In this document: one piece after another, positions 1 to 12,298 of the stretch | Layout of the letters: each line of letters begins with the position of its first letter | How positions within the stretch are numbered: position 1 is the stretch's first letter | NCBI GenBank assembly: GCA_002269645.1 | Contig: NIVC01000126.1 | Coordinates: 372,001 to 436,000, forward strand | DNA: 64,000 nt | Reading direction: 5' to 3' | Origin: Macrostomum lignano | Lineage: Eukaryota | Program-made: the position numbers and the translations under genes | The notes under the pieces: generated by a model | Seen by the model: only the letters and a program-made list of their open reading frames with translations | The model's database searches: none | Told to the model about the DNA's origin: nothing

Positions 1-222
1 GGACCAGCGGCCTCCCAAAGGACCCAAATACAACAAAGGACCAGCGGCCTTCCAAAGGGCCTAAATACAACAAAGGACCAGCGGCCTTCCGAAGGGCCCA
101 AATACAACAAAGGACCAGCGGCCTCCCAAAGGGCCTAAATACAAAGGACCAGCAGCCTCCCAAAGGACCCAAATACAAAGGACCAGCAGCCTCCCAAAGG
201 ACCCAAATACAAAGGACCAGCG
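1..222. repeat. Minisatellite, ~33-36 bp unit (ggaccagcggcctcccaaagggcccaaatacaacaaa), running off the window edge
   Basis: About 6 imperfect tandem units are visible. A minus-strand donor-like site (CTT|GTAAAG) at 230/229 lies just before it, so it is probably intronic. Confidence 0.85.
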
Positions 223-229
223 GCTTTAC

Positions 230-412
230 AAGAGACCATAAAAATACCGCTGACCTTCTAAGAGCGAATTCAGCAGTTTTCTATCGCACAAGTCAAACAG
301 GGCAGCTACATAAAGAGAGTGACAGGTATTTGACAAGGACGCAGAATTTCTATGTACATAATACTCACCTGACGCAAATGAGGAAAAGGAATTTCCAGTT
401 TCTTGTTTCATC
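230..412 (-). CDS. Possible first coding exons of an unidentified gene that continues off the left edge
   Basis: Strong donor CAG|GTGAGT at 369/368, a 63-nt intron ending tttatgtAG, exon 305-230, then a donor into the minisatellite. The spliced frame reads MKQETGNSFSSFASAALFDLCDRKLLNSLLEGQRYFYGL. I recognise no family, and the start position is approximate. Confidence 0.35.
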
Positions 413-774
413 TCAAAGCAGCAGCAGCACCAAGCGTTGTGCAGTGAGAAATGAATCAACCAGCATTAAAGAATAAGCAGAACTGCAGATAATTATTAAA
501 TAAATTAACCTGAGAAAATTGGCAACGAAGAAGACTAATCCAGGTCTGATTGGTTGTTGATACTAATTAAAGTATAAACAATTATATGTACAGCAATAAC
601 CTTCAAGCTAGGCGAGTTTGACAAAAAAAACTGAAAACAAAAAACATTCAAACCAGGAGACTATTTAGGAAACGATAATATATAGTGCAAAACCTCTGCT
701 TCAGCTAGACATAATTTAATCTGCAGGAAAGCATGACTTACAACCTGAAGATCTGGAGGGCGATAGCATTTAAA

Positions 775-2512
775 TTTGGGGATCTGTGATAGCAGACTGC
801 TCAATTTGGGGATCTGTGATAGCAAACTGCTCAATTTGGGGATCTGTGATAGCAGACTGCTCAATTTGAGGATCTGTGATAGCAGACTGCTCAATTTGGG
901 AATCTGTGATAGCAAACAGCTCAATTTGGGGATCTGTGATAGCAGACTGCTCAATTTGGAAATCTGTGATAGCAAACTGCTCAATTTGGGGATCTGTGAT
1001 AGCAGACTGCTCAATTTGGGAATCTGTGATAGCAAACTGCTCAATTTGGGGATCTGTGATAGCAGACTGCTCAATCTGGGGATCTGTGATAGCAAACAGC
1101 TCAATTTGGGGATCTGTGATAGCAGACTGCTCAATTTGGAAATCTGTGATAGCAAACTGCTCAATTTGGGGATCTGTGATAGCAGACTGCTCAATTTGGG
1201 AATCTGTGATAGCAAACTGCTCAATTTGGGGATCTGTTATAGCAGACTGCTCAATCTGGGGATCTGTGATAGCAGACTGCTCAATCTTGGGATCTGTGAT
1301 AGCAGACTGCTCAATCTGGGGATCTGTGATAGCAGACTGCTCAATCTGGGGATCTGTGATAGCAGACTGCTCAATCTGGGGATCTGTGATAGCAGACTGC
1401 TCAATTTGGGGATCTGTGATAGCAGACTGCTCAATCTGGGGATCTGTGATAGCAGACTGCTCAATTTGGGGATCTGTGATAGCAGACTGCTCAATCTGGG
1501 GATCTGTGATAGCAGACTGCTCAATTTGGGGATCTTTGAGAGCAACTGCTCAATTTGGGGATCTGTGATAGCAGACTGCTCAATTTGGGAATCTGTGATA
1601 GCAAACAGCTCAATTTGGGGATCTGTGATAGCAGACTGCTCAATTTGGAAATCTGTGATAGCAAACTGCTCAATTTGGGGATCTGTGATAGCAGACTGCT
1701 CAATTTGGGAATCTGTGATAGCAAACTGCTCAATTTGGGGATCTGTTATAGCAGACTGCTCAATCTGGGGATCTGTGATAGCAGACTGCTCAATCTTGGG
1801 ATCTGTGATAGCAGACTGCTCAATCTGGGGATCTGTGATAGCAGACTGCTCAATCTGGGGATCTGTGATAGCAGACTGCTCAATCTGGGGATCTGTGATA
1901 GCAGACTGCTCAATTTGGGGATCTGTGATAGCAGACTGCTCAATCTGGGGATCTGTGATAGCAGACTGCTCAATTTGGGGATCTGTGATAGCAGACTGCT
2001 CAATCTGGGGATCTGTGATAGCAGACTGCTCAATTTGGGGATCTTTGAGAGCAACTGCTCAATTTGGGGATCTGTGATAGCAGACTGCTCAATTTGGGGA
2101 TCTGTGATAGCAGACTGCTCAATTTGGGGATCTGTGATAGCAGACTGCTCAATTTGGGGATCTGTGATAGCAGACTGCTCAATTTGGGGATCTGTGATAG
2201 CAGACTGCTCAATTTGGGGATCTGTGATAGCAGACTGCTCAATTTGGGGATCTGTGATAGCAGACTGCTCAATTTGGGGATCTGTGATAGCAGACTGCTC
2301 AATTTGGGGATCTGTGATAGCAGACTGCTCAATTTGGGGATCTGTGATAGCAGACTGCTCAATTTGGGGATCTGTGATAGCAGACTGCTCAATTTGGGGA
2401 TCTGTGATAGCAGACTGCTCAATTTGGGGATCTGTGATAGCAGACTGCTCAATTTGGGGATCTGTGATAGCAGACTGCTCAATTTGGGGATCTGTGATAG
2501 CAGACTGCTTAA
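775..2512. repeat. 30-bp minisatellite (gggatctgtgatagcagactgctcaatttg), ~58 units with higher-order duplications
   Basis: Exact 30-bp periodicity. Variant units recur 509 bp apart (tgttatag near 1236/1745; ctttgagagc near 1534/2043). Confidence 0.97.
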
Positions 2513-2644
2513 TTTAGTAATTAAAAGCAAGAAAACATCTGGCAGTAGCAGACACAGCACAATAGTGATTCAGCAGCAGCACACTGGACAAAAACCAAGC
2601 ATTTAAAAAAGAAATAAATTAGTCGGAGTCAATCGTATTAATTA

Positions 2645-5600
2645 TCAATGGGGATCTAGACGATCACGTTCTCGACCCAGGTAGAATTTCACAAGCCTAT
2701 TGTTACGCTGTTGATGCACCAGCACAGCCTGTTCAGCGGTATCGTGAGCCTCCTCTTCCCCAGGCCGATAGTCCAGCTCTTCGCTCAGCAGTTCTCTAAG
2801 ATCACCAGCAGATCTGTGCTGCTGGTGATGGAGCTGATTGAGCTTAGCTCTCAATCGGTGCCTATGCCAACGAGGACCGTTGGATTCTGCGGAGCCGGAG
2901 GCTGAATCGACATTAGGAGCAGCTTCATCATTGGCATCTTCGCCGTAAGCCTCGTAGCTGTCGTCGTAGGCATGCCGACCAATCACGGTGCGTTTAAATC
3001 GATCCAATAGAGCGCTGCTTTGAGCTCGACGTAGTCGAACATTCTCTGTGAAAGATTTCAAATGTTGTCGGGTCTCGTCTAGCACAGATTGAGCGGTGCC
3101 AGATAGAGAAGGTAAATAGCGTAGCAACCGACGGCAGAGCAGGTAGAGCACGTCAATTGGCAAAGTGTATGGCTGGATTAGTAAACGAACAACGCGAACC
3201 ATTTGACTGTCGTATAATCGACGCAACAGTGTTTTCTGTTTGGCTCGTTGGAGGGCTTCCAGCACGGGCGGTGGCAGACTGTTTTGAAGACCTTCGGCTA
3301 GCTGAGTGCGCATCTCCAGGGCCTGTTTCGGGTGTTTAAATGTATATTTTTAGGATAGCCTTCAAAAAATAGTTCTAAAATGCGCTACTTGCCTACTAGC
3401 CTACACAAAAGTAGGGTGTTATGAACATTAAGCATCAAGTTTAGTTAGACAGTATATTTCGCGTAATTGAACAACCTTGATTGCGGCAGTGCCCACAGCC
3501 TCTTAACCTTGGTGGATATTAAGGAATTTAAAAACATTTTTTATAGCACTTTTTTGTTTCAAAAGCTTTTTTTTATTAATTAACGCAAATTTATAATTTC
3601 TTGTGAAATTAGCTTATGTGCAAGCGTTTTTATATATACTAACCAATTATTAAGTTACTAAGTATTGCTAACAATGAAACTATTTAATCATTAAGTAGGA
3701 CAAACAATACATCTACTACTGATATAAAACTACTTATTAGATAAGTAGTAAAAACAGCACATCGTACCTTATAATCATCTTCATATCCGTCATAAGAAGT
3801 CGAATTGAAACAGTCGCCGTCGGCACTGCCAGAAGCTTCAATTCCGACGCTGCCTATTGAGCTTGAGCCGCCTAATTCGTACTCTAACGAAGCGCTAAGC
3901 CGGACGTGCCCGTGCCTAACTAAATAGTCAACGCAGTCGTCGAAGCCGCGCTGACAGATCTGCGCGAGCCTGTCTGGCCCCGGCGGCCACAGTACGCGAA
4001 CTAATCGCCTCCAATTAGCCAGCGTAATGTCCATATCAATAGAGCTGGGCTGCGGCATCATGAACCAGACCTCATCCTCGGGTGAAATGTCGGCCAGGCC
4101 GGCGAACGGGCTCACTAGCACAGTTTGCGAGTTTAGCCGGGGCAAATTGCAGGAGAAGCAGCCGTCCATCAGGCGGACACCGTTCAGTTCGGGGAATGTC
4201 AGGCCGGAGAAGCCCGGTATGTGCGCGCTGCACATTAGCGACTGCGGAGCGGGTTCAAATAGGGGACTTTTATAAGGAAATCTGCATCAGCTCTACAATA
4301 ATGCAGGTTTAGTAGAATTAGACAGAATCAGGTCTCCCTGATAGCTGCCACTTCTGTCAAAGTCTTACAAAAAGACACTTACACTGGACAGGCTCACAAA
4401 ATCTCAACCAGATTTTGCCACATGAAATATTAATCTTTTCAAAATCTCACATATGAGATATTGTTTTTTCAAAATCTCACCTGTGAGATATTATTCTTTC
4501 CAAATCTCACCTGTGAGATATTATTCTTTCCAAATCTCACGTGAGATATTATTCTTTCCAAATCTCACCTGTGAGATATTATTCTTTCCAAATCTCACCT
4601 GTGAGATATTATTCTTTCCAAATCTCACCTGTGAGATATTATTCTTTCAAAATCTCACGTGAGATATTAACATTTCAAAATCACACCTGAGATATTAATC
4701 TTTTCAATATCTTACCTATGATATATTAACCTTTCCAATTCTCACCAATGAGATACTAATCTTTTCGAAATCTCACCTATGAGATTTTATTATTTCCAAT
4801 TCTCACCTATGATATAATAATCCTTCCAAATCTCACCTGAGATATTGATCATTTGAAAATCATACCTGAGATATTAATCATTTGAAAATCCCACCTGAGA
4901 TATTAATCATTTGAAAATCCCACCTAAGATATTAATCATTTGAAAATCATACCTGAGATATTAATCATTTGAAAATCCCACCTGAGATATTAATCATTTG
5001 AAAATCCCACCTGAGATATTAATCATTTGAAAATCCCACCTGAGATATTAATCATTTGAAAATCCCACCTAAGATATTAATCATTTGAAAATCATACCTG
5101 AGATATTAATCATTTGAAAATCCCACCTGAGATATTAATCATTTGAAAATCCCACCTAAGATATTAATCATTTGAAAATCATACCTGAGATATTAATCAT
5201 TTGAAAATCCCACCTGAGATATTAATCATTTGAAAATCCCACCTGAGATATTAATCATTTGAAAATCCCACCTGAGATATTAATCATTTGAAAATCCCAC
5301 CTATGAGATACAAATCTTTTTGATATCTCCTTTTTTACAACAGAATCTGAAAGACTCACCTGTATAAGATAATCCCTGGTAGGAAAATCAGATATAACCC
5401 GATTGCGCAGAGTTAAAACATCAGTCACAGAGACGAACAACCGACCAGAGCAGATTCGATGCGCATCTATTGGCAGAATATCTTCTAGTCCAGACTTTAG
5501 CAGGCTAGTAATGCTGAATGACGGATGAAACGGGCCCAGGGTGCGGACTGACGCCCGGTCAACCAGGCTCAGGACAAAGTTGGCGCACTGGCCCAAGTCG

Positions 5601-6004
5601 CAGTCGCACATCAGGCAGCAGGCGGCCAAGGCGCCGGCGCTGGCTCCGGCTAGCACGCGGTTGGTGTACAACTGCGGCGCGTATTCTTTTAAACAGCTGC
5701 ACACGCCGACGTGATAGACGCCCATGAAGCCGCAGCCGGCGAATGAGAAATTCGGGCCGGCAGATTCTGGCAATAGAAAGTCTTGACTGCTGTTGGTTGC
5801 AGAGAATTCGTTGCCGGAAGACAACTGCGGACTTGACGATGACGGCGAGGCTGGCGGACTGCTTCTGCGACTGCTGGAGGATGCGGCCGTGTTGGACGAG
5901 GATGCCAGACCGGCTGCAGAGCAATCGATGTCGATATGGTATCGATCGCTGACGGCTTTGATGTCGCCGTCATCGTCAAAATCGTCTAGTGTGCGAGAGA
6001 GCAT
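2645..6004 (-). CDS. PNPLA2: Patatin-like phospholipase / adipose triglyceride lipase (PNPLA2/brummer-like), 3 coding exons, ~598 aa
   Basis: Exons 6004-5360, 4241-3768 and 3322-2645, all GT-AG, phase 0, total 1797 nt. Motifs: oxyanion GCGFMG, nucleophile GASAG, GRLFVSVT, DGC at the catalytic Asp (normally DGG), VSPFAG..DISP, and ATGL-like LWPP..QICQRGFDD and PYTLP. Confidence 0.9.
4430..5310. repeat. 29-30 bp minisatellite filling PNPLA intron 1 (aatctcacctgtgagatattattctttcca grading into gagatattaatcatttgaaaatcccacct)
   Basis: Tandem periodicity is visible. The first subtype contains the inverted repeat ATCTCAC-ct-GTGAGAT. Confidence 0.92.
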
Positions 6005-6059
6005 GCTCTGACTGGAGCCTGCGGGTTTAGGGGAGAACAAGGAGAAGTGTACGACTTCA

Positions 6060-6912
6060 GTCTGGCCCAGCAACTGAGGCTCTGGGAGGCTAGTGGTGGC
6101 CTAGCAACTGAGGATCTGGGAGGCTAGTGGTGGCCTAGCAACTAAGGATCTGGGAGGCTAGTGGTGGCCTAGCAACCGAGGATCTGGGAGGCTAGTGGTG
6201 GCCTAGCAACTGAGGATCTGGGAGGCTTACCTAGCAACTGAGGATCTGGGAGGCTTACCTAGCAACTGAGGATCTGGGAGGCTTACCCAGCAACTGAGGA
6301 TCTGGGAGGCTAGTGGTGGCCTAGCAACTGAAGATCTGGGAGGCTAGTGGTGGCCTAGCAACTGAAGATCTGGGAGGCTTACTTAGCAACTGAGGATCTG
6401 GGAGGCTAGTGGTGGCCTAGCAACTGAGGATCTGGGAGGCTTACCTAGCAACTGAGGATCTGGGAGGCTAGTGGTGGCCTAGCAACTGAGGATCTGGGAG
6501 GCTTACCTAGCAACTGAGGATCTGGGAGGCTGGTTACCCAGCAACTGAGGATCTGGGAGGCTTACCTAGCAACTGAGGATCTGGGAGGCTTACCTAGCAA
6601 CTGAGGATCTGGCAGGCTGGCCCAGCAACTGACACTCTGAAAGGTTAGCAGTGGCCCAGCAACTGAGGATCTGGGAGGCTGGTTACCCAGCAACTGAGGA
6701 TCTGGGAGGCTTACCTAGCAACTGAGGATCTGGGAGGCTGGTTACCCAGCAACTGAGGATCTGGGAGGCTTACCTAGCAACTGAGGATCTGGGAGGCTTA
6801 CCCAGCAACTGAGGATCTGGCAGGCTGGCCCAGCAACTGAGGATCTGGCAGGCTGGCCCAGCAACTGACACTCTGAAAGGTTAGCAGTGGCCCAGCAACT
6901 GAGGATCTGGAC
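6060..6912. repeat. Minisatellite with alternating 25-34 bp units (cctagcaactgaggatctgggaggctagtggtgg / ...ggcttac)
   Basis: The constant core agcaactgaggatctgggaggct repeats about 28 times. Confidence 0.95.
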
Positions 6913-8065
6913 TGGAGGAATTTATATACACCGTTTCAGTTTCTTACCAAAAACGAAACAAACTAAAATAAGCAAGCTTATGACTAAAGTCTCACCCTAG
7001 ACCCTATAAAAAGCCTGTGACATTAAAAATAAACAACAACACAAGCAGTGCAGCCTGTTGAAAAGATAGCACATGAAATTAAAACGATACGGTTTCTCTT
7101 GTACTATGAAAGAAATGCTTATAAAGTTATTATTGAATACAGGGCAAAAAGCAATCGTTAAAATTGTACAAAAAGCCCAACTGATAAGCAGCAAGCGACA
7201 GACAAGATTCGACGTCCAGAACAGAATGCCCTTTGTGGAATTTGTTGCTTTTTTGTCAAAAAAATAAAGAAAATAAATAATGTAGTCTCGAACAGAGGCT
7301 AAGCCAGTTTTACTTATAATTAGATATATTATAATATTACTAAAATTGGACGGTTTGCACCAGGTAGACAGTGCAAGGTGCTACTAATCAAAATTTATAA
7401 TTATACATGCAATATGCAACAAATAGAAATTACAAGCTAGACAATTTATGAAGATAAGAATCGATTAGCATTGACACTTGACAGTACAAAGTACCATAGT
7501 ACAAGGTACAATAAATCTCGACAAAAAACACGCTCAGCTGTAAGTAGGATTTCCACAAGACACTACTAACCCAGTAGTTGCATAGTAGGATGTTAAGGAT
7601 TTTATTACAATAACCAAAGACGGGATTAGCGAAAGCAGGTAAACAAATTATATCATCTCTTTATTTTTATTCGGGTACAAGAAGAAAACAGAAATAGAAT
7701 TGCTGTTATAAAATTAAACTAACTACAGTGTACTCAGATCGAAAACATACAGATAGAAAATTAGTGACGTCATATCTACAAGCAAGAAAACGTAAATAAT
7801 GTAAGCGAAAAAGGAATACACAGATAATCAGCTGTAGAATACATTATATTTTATACAGTAACTAAAGGTCCAGGAATATGCTATTTTATAGTGCCGTTAT
7901 TACAAAGCCTACTGATTAGTAGTATTAGAGGGTGTTAGTAACAGATAGTAGAATTTTATTGAAACTTTCTTTTCCAGTACCAATTTATCATAGATTAGAC
8001 TTTACAACCGCATAAAACTAACTCAACCACTACTCTCTGTCTGATTAGCCAATCAGCTTAGCCAG

Positions 8066-10119
8066 TTAGCTCTCAACTTTTCCTGCTTCAGTTCCGTTGC
8101 ATAGAATCTCGCCAGTTGGAGTTGCCGACAAATTTTGCTGCTCGTCTACTGTTGCGCCGGGTGATGGTTGGGACAGCGTCGTTGTTTGTTTATTGCAACT
8201 GCTTGTTCGATGCTTCTTTCGAGGAGGCTGCTGCGCCGGCGGATGCTGGACTCGGTCGCGATGAGGCCTGTAGACAAGTGCGGCGGCGACGGCGGCGCTA
8301 CGTCGAAGTCGGCTGCGACGATCTGCAGCGGTGCATTCGGCGGCGCCAGCGTTGCTAGCGGCCTGAAAGTTTTGACAAAGGGTATGAAGGACTGGGTTGT
8401 GGCTGCAGCAATACCTAAGCAAGGTGATAATTGGCCATTCTAAAGCAAGGTGATAATTGGCCATTCTAAAGCAAGGTGATAATTGGCTATTCTAAAGCAA
8501 GGTGATAATTGGCCATTCTAAAGCAAGGTGATAATTGGCTATTCTAAAGCAGGGTGACAATTGGCAATTCTAAAGCAAGGTGATAATTGGCTATTCTAAA
8601 GCAGGGTGATAATTGGCAATTCTAAATACAAGCTGATTATTGGTCATTAGGGGAAAAGGGGCGATTCTAAAGTGGGGGGCAAGGGGCGATTCTAAAGTGG
8701 AGGGGGGGACAAGGGGCGATTCTAAAGTGAGGGGGGCAAGGGGCGATTCTAAAGTGGGGGGGGGGCAAGGGGCGATTCTAAAGTGAGGGGGCAAGGGGCG
8801 ATTCTAAAGTGGGGGGGACAAGGGGCGATTCTAAAGTGAGGGGGGCAAGGGGCGATTCTAAAGTGGAGGGGGGGGGACAAGGGGCGATTCTAAAGTGAGG
8901 GGGGCAAGGGGCGATTCTAAAGTGGGGGGGGACAAGGGGCGATTCTAAAGTGGGGGGGACAAGGGGCGATTCTAAAGTGAGGGGGGCAAGGGGCGATTCT
9001 AAAGTGGGGGGGGCAAGGGGCGATTCTAAAGTGGGGGCAAGCGGCAGTGGGCTGGCTCAAAGCGGATTTTGAGGGGTCGTTTTTAACAAGCTTGAACACG
9101 TAGATAAACACTCGAATTAAGCTACTTGATAATATACACACACACAAACTTACAATATCACCGCGTCCAATGCTAGATTTAGATTTCGCACAGTTGGCAA
9201 AGGCCCCGGTTCCGTTTAGTTCGCAAGTGCGGCATTCGCATTCGCAATTATTCAATCCGAAGAAATTATTGCCATAGTATAGCAACACTTCGTCGCCTTC
9301 TTCGATCGGCCTAACAACTTCGTAATGAGCCGAGCAGGCGCCAGTTGGTACAAATCGCACATTGGGCCGGCAATCGTGATTAATATAAGCGGCCGGACCC
9401 AGCCACAATTGGGATCCATGCTTCCTAGTCGAGTACATAACTGAGAAATCGTTTACGCCTGGCTTCAAATAGCCGCCGTCGGCCTCCTCCTCAAGCGAGA
9501 CTTCGGCTATGCAGCCAATCAGCATATCGATGCGCTGGCCCGGCTGCCACTGCCTAGTTGACACGATTCGGGCACCGACTCGATTCTCGTGTAAATACCT
9601 TCGACAAGCTTCTATTCTGACGCCGGATCTCGGATCGAACAGGTGCAAATAGCGGCACAGATGGGCGCGCAGATTTAAATCAGCTCGCCTACTAGCCGTT
9701 AGAAATGGTCGATAAGGACGCGAGCAAGCGTTATCGTTGTCATTAGCAACGGAGAATGGCGAATTGCCAGCGTTGCTAGGCGAATCTGCTGTCAATAATG
9801 CATCGCAAGCGGCCTCGTAGTTTTGATCAATTTGAAATTGTTCCAAAATTCGACGCCAAGTCTTTCTTAACCTCGGCGGAGCTCGAAATCTTTCGCACAT
9901 TTTATGCGTACCGAAGCCCAGATGGGCGTCCACTGTTATGCAATTGGCCAGGTCGTCAATGTCGCCAAGTTGACGAGCTGTCAGGCCGCCAGTGTAGTGG
10001 CAGGGGCCAGTAGGGGCGGCGCCGGTGGCAGCTTTCGAAGCGGCGGCAGCTGCTGCAGCCGCGGCGGCTGTCAAAGATGAAGCAGCCGACGCCGCGGCAG
10101 AGGGTTTACTGTCGCCTGT
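8066..10119 (-). CDS. Suv4-20: Histone H4K20 methyltransferase Suv4-20 (KMT5B/C-like); 5' start exon not located
   Basis: Exons 10119-9154 and 8362-8066, phase 0. Conserved blocks: GLTARQL..IDDLA, LGFGTHKM, NDFSVMYSTRK..SQLWLGPAAYINHDCRPN, YYGNNFFG and post-SET CECRTCE. Confidence 0.95.
8414..8625. repeat. 26-bp minisatellite (aaggtgataattggccattctaaagc) in the Suv4-20 intron
   Basis: About 8 tandem units. Confidence 0.92.
8650..9038. repeat. G-rich ~26-30 bp minisatellite (aaggggcgattctaaagtgggggggc) in the Suv4-20 intron
   Basis: About 14 units with variable-length G-runs. Confidence 0.93.
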
Positions 10120-10239
10120 CTGTAGAAATAAAAAATTTATTCAATGTTAAACTAGATTGATTTTAAGCTACGGTTTCCATTATTTACATTGCATAATTTA
10201 ATTAATAATAGACAACACCTGCTTTAATTGGCAGATGTG

Positions 10240-10480
10240 CAACCAACAGCTTGCATGGCGCACCTGAAGGCTGCATATGGCTGTTCAGTCCAAGGACTGG
10301 GGAACGTCATAAACACCCTTAATCACCCAGCTAATGCTGGCACCCATTCTACAGCTAGGTGAAAAGAAGCAATGCAAAGTTAAGTATCTTGCTCAGGGAC
10401 ACAAATTGTTCCAAGTGGATTGAGAATCGAACCCCCAACCTTTCAGTCGTGAGTCTAAAGCTTTAACCACTAGACTTCAA
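10240..10480 (-). mobile_element. tRNA-derived SINE with a CORE-like central domain
   Basis: The minus strand reads agtctAGTGGTTAAAGctttagactcacgactgaaaggttgggGGTTCGATTCtc (A and B boxes), then tgtgtccctgagcaagatacttaac...cacctagctgtagaatgggt. From memory this resembles the CORE-SINE consensus (tgtgaccttgggcaagttacttaac...ctgtaaaatggg). Confidence 0.7.
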
Positions 10481-11696
10481 CCCCTGGGCTACAAACCCCA
10501 CAAGGCTTAGATAGGAGCCGAAACTAAAGGAAAAGTAATAAAGTGAAAATACCATCTTAATTGCAAAAAAAATATTGGTAAAATATTGCCCAAACTATGC
10601 TACTTTACTATCTATAACAATAGGGTAAACTGAATCTTAACAGAGATTATCAATTCTAATTTAATAAACCAATAAATTTATAATGCTAGAAATAACTGAG
10701 CTAACTTATTAGGCTAGTATCATATATGTTAATCTTTCTATGCTCATTACTATATACATATATCAAAGATTTAAATCAAATTATTTACTGATATCCCTAC
10801 TTTTATAGTGGTTAAATATTACCTAAAGCTTTTGAATATAATTTATTTACTAATCAGCAAAATTATTAGAATATCATTATAAAATTATATCTACTAAAAT
10901 GATAACTAATGTCTTGATTAGCTATACCTAGTTACTCTTGTTTGCTATAAATGTTTAAGCATTGGTATGAAAATATACCAAGTAATTTTTTAACCTTTGC
11001 CAAACTACACTTTACTAAAAAAGTTTTAAAATTTATGATATAATTCTAACTATAGTTTTGCCAAATTGAAAATTTCTAATTTTATAATATAGCCTAGCTT
11101 TCAACTAGGGTTTAATGCAATAAGATTTTTTAAACCAATACAAATAAAGGCATTTGATTTTACAAACAAAACTAGAAAGCTTTAATTCTAATATTTAGTT
11201 ATATAGGCTTTAGTATTAATACTTGGGGTCATTTAAAAGTAATCATCTATAAATTTCAAATATACATTTTTAAAAAACCCAAGTTTCCTATATTCTAAAA
11301 TTGCAAGTTAAATAATATTTCTATAATATGCGAACATTTATATTATTAATAGTTGGAACTTAATAAAACCAAAATTAAAATCAAACTCAAAGTAATAAAT
11401 AAAAAATAAAGATAGACTTAAGAAAAATTAATAAATAAAATGCAAGAAGAGCCCTTAAGTCCCTAGGGTTAGGGATTTAAATAATAGTTTTGATACCAAT
11501 ATATAGATAGATGGATAATAGGGGTAAAGTTAGATGATGGAGGCAAAATTCAAGATTAAGCCTAGGCCTAACACTTTTAGATGAAGAATGAATGCTGAAT
11601 ATTGATTACTTTATAATAAACAACAATAAAATACACAACATTATAGGGTATGCTTTAAGGCTAGGTTGCAAATAAATGCCATGTTGCTAGCCAAGT

Positions 11697-12138
11697 CTAG
11701 GACCTGGGTTTTTTTTAGGCCATACGGTAGCCACCGGCTACCCAAAAAAGCCATTGGTAACTAGATTTGTGGCATCAGAGGCCAATCTGGCAACCAACTT
11801 GAACCAAGGCAGTTGCCAATGATAAAACAATCTGTCAGATTTTATTACTGCTAAAAGATTGGCTTGGCTGAAAACCTAAAGCCTGAGCTGATTTGAGCAT
11901 ATTATTTTTTGTCAATGCGTGAAAATTGTTGCAAAAACAACTTTAAAGTTGTTTTGTTGTATTGTGATTCGTGTATGATTTTGAATCTACTACATTGAAA
12001 TATTTTTTTATTATTCTCATAGCACCATATTTTTTGCTATGCACAGACACTGGGACACTGAAATAGGTCAATTGCCAGTTGGCAACTGAAGATGGCAATT
12101 GGCAACTGGATTTTGGACAAAAAAAACCCAGTCTAGGA
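11697..12138. mobile_element. Possible MITE with imperfect terminal inverted repeats
   Basis: ctaggacctgggtttttttt at the left and aaaaaaaacccagtctag at the right are near-inverted. No clear TSD. Confidence 0.3.
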
Positions 12139-12298
12139 CATACATAGGTGCTAGGCAGTAATAAGCAGTTGGTAAAAAAAGCATCTTGATTCTTGAGTGC
12201 TTTATATCATATGATAAATAAATAATGATAGATTTACTTATCTAAAACAATTATTATATTTTGATTATAATAGGCATAATATAGGCCTATACTTTATA

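Noticed and set aside
661-2606. Long ORFs with LRR-like periodicity (LLNLGICDSR, LSSLLSQIPK, CSIWGSVIAD)
   Set aside because: They are translations of a 30-bp tandem repeat, open in several frames on both strands, with frame-shifting variant units and no non-repetitive domain or splice context.
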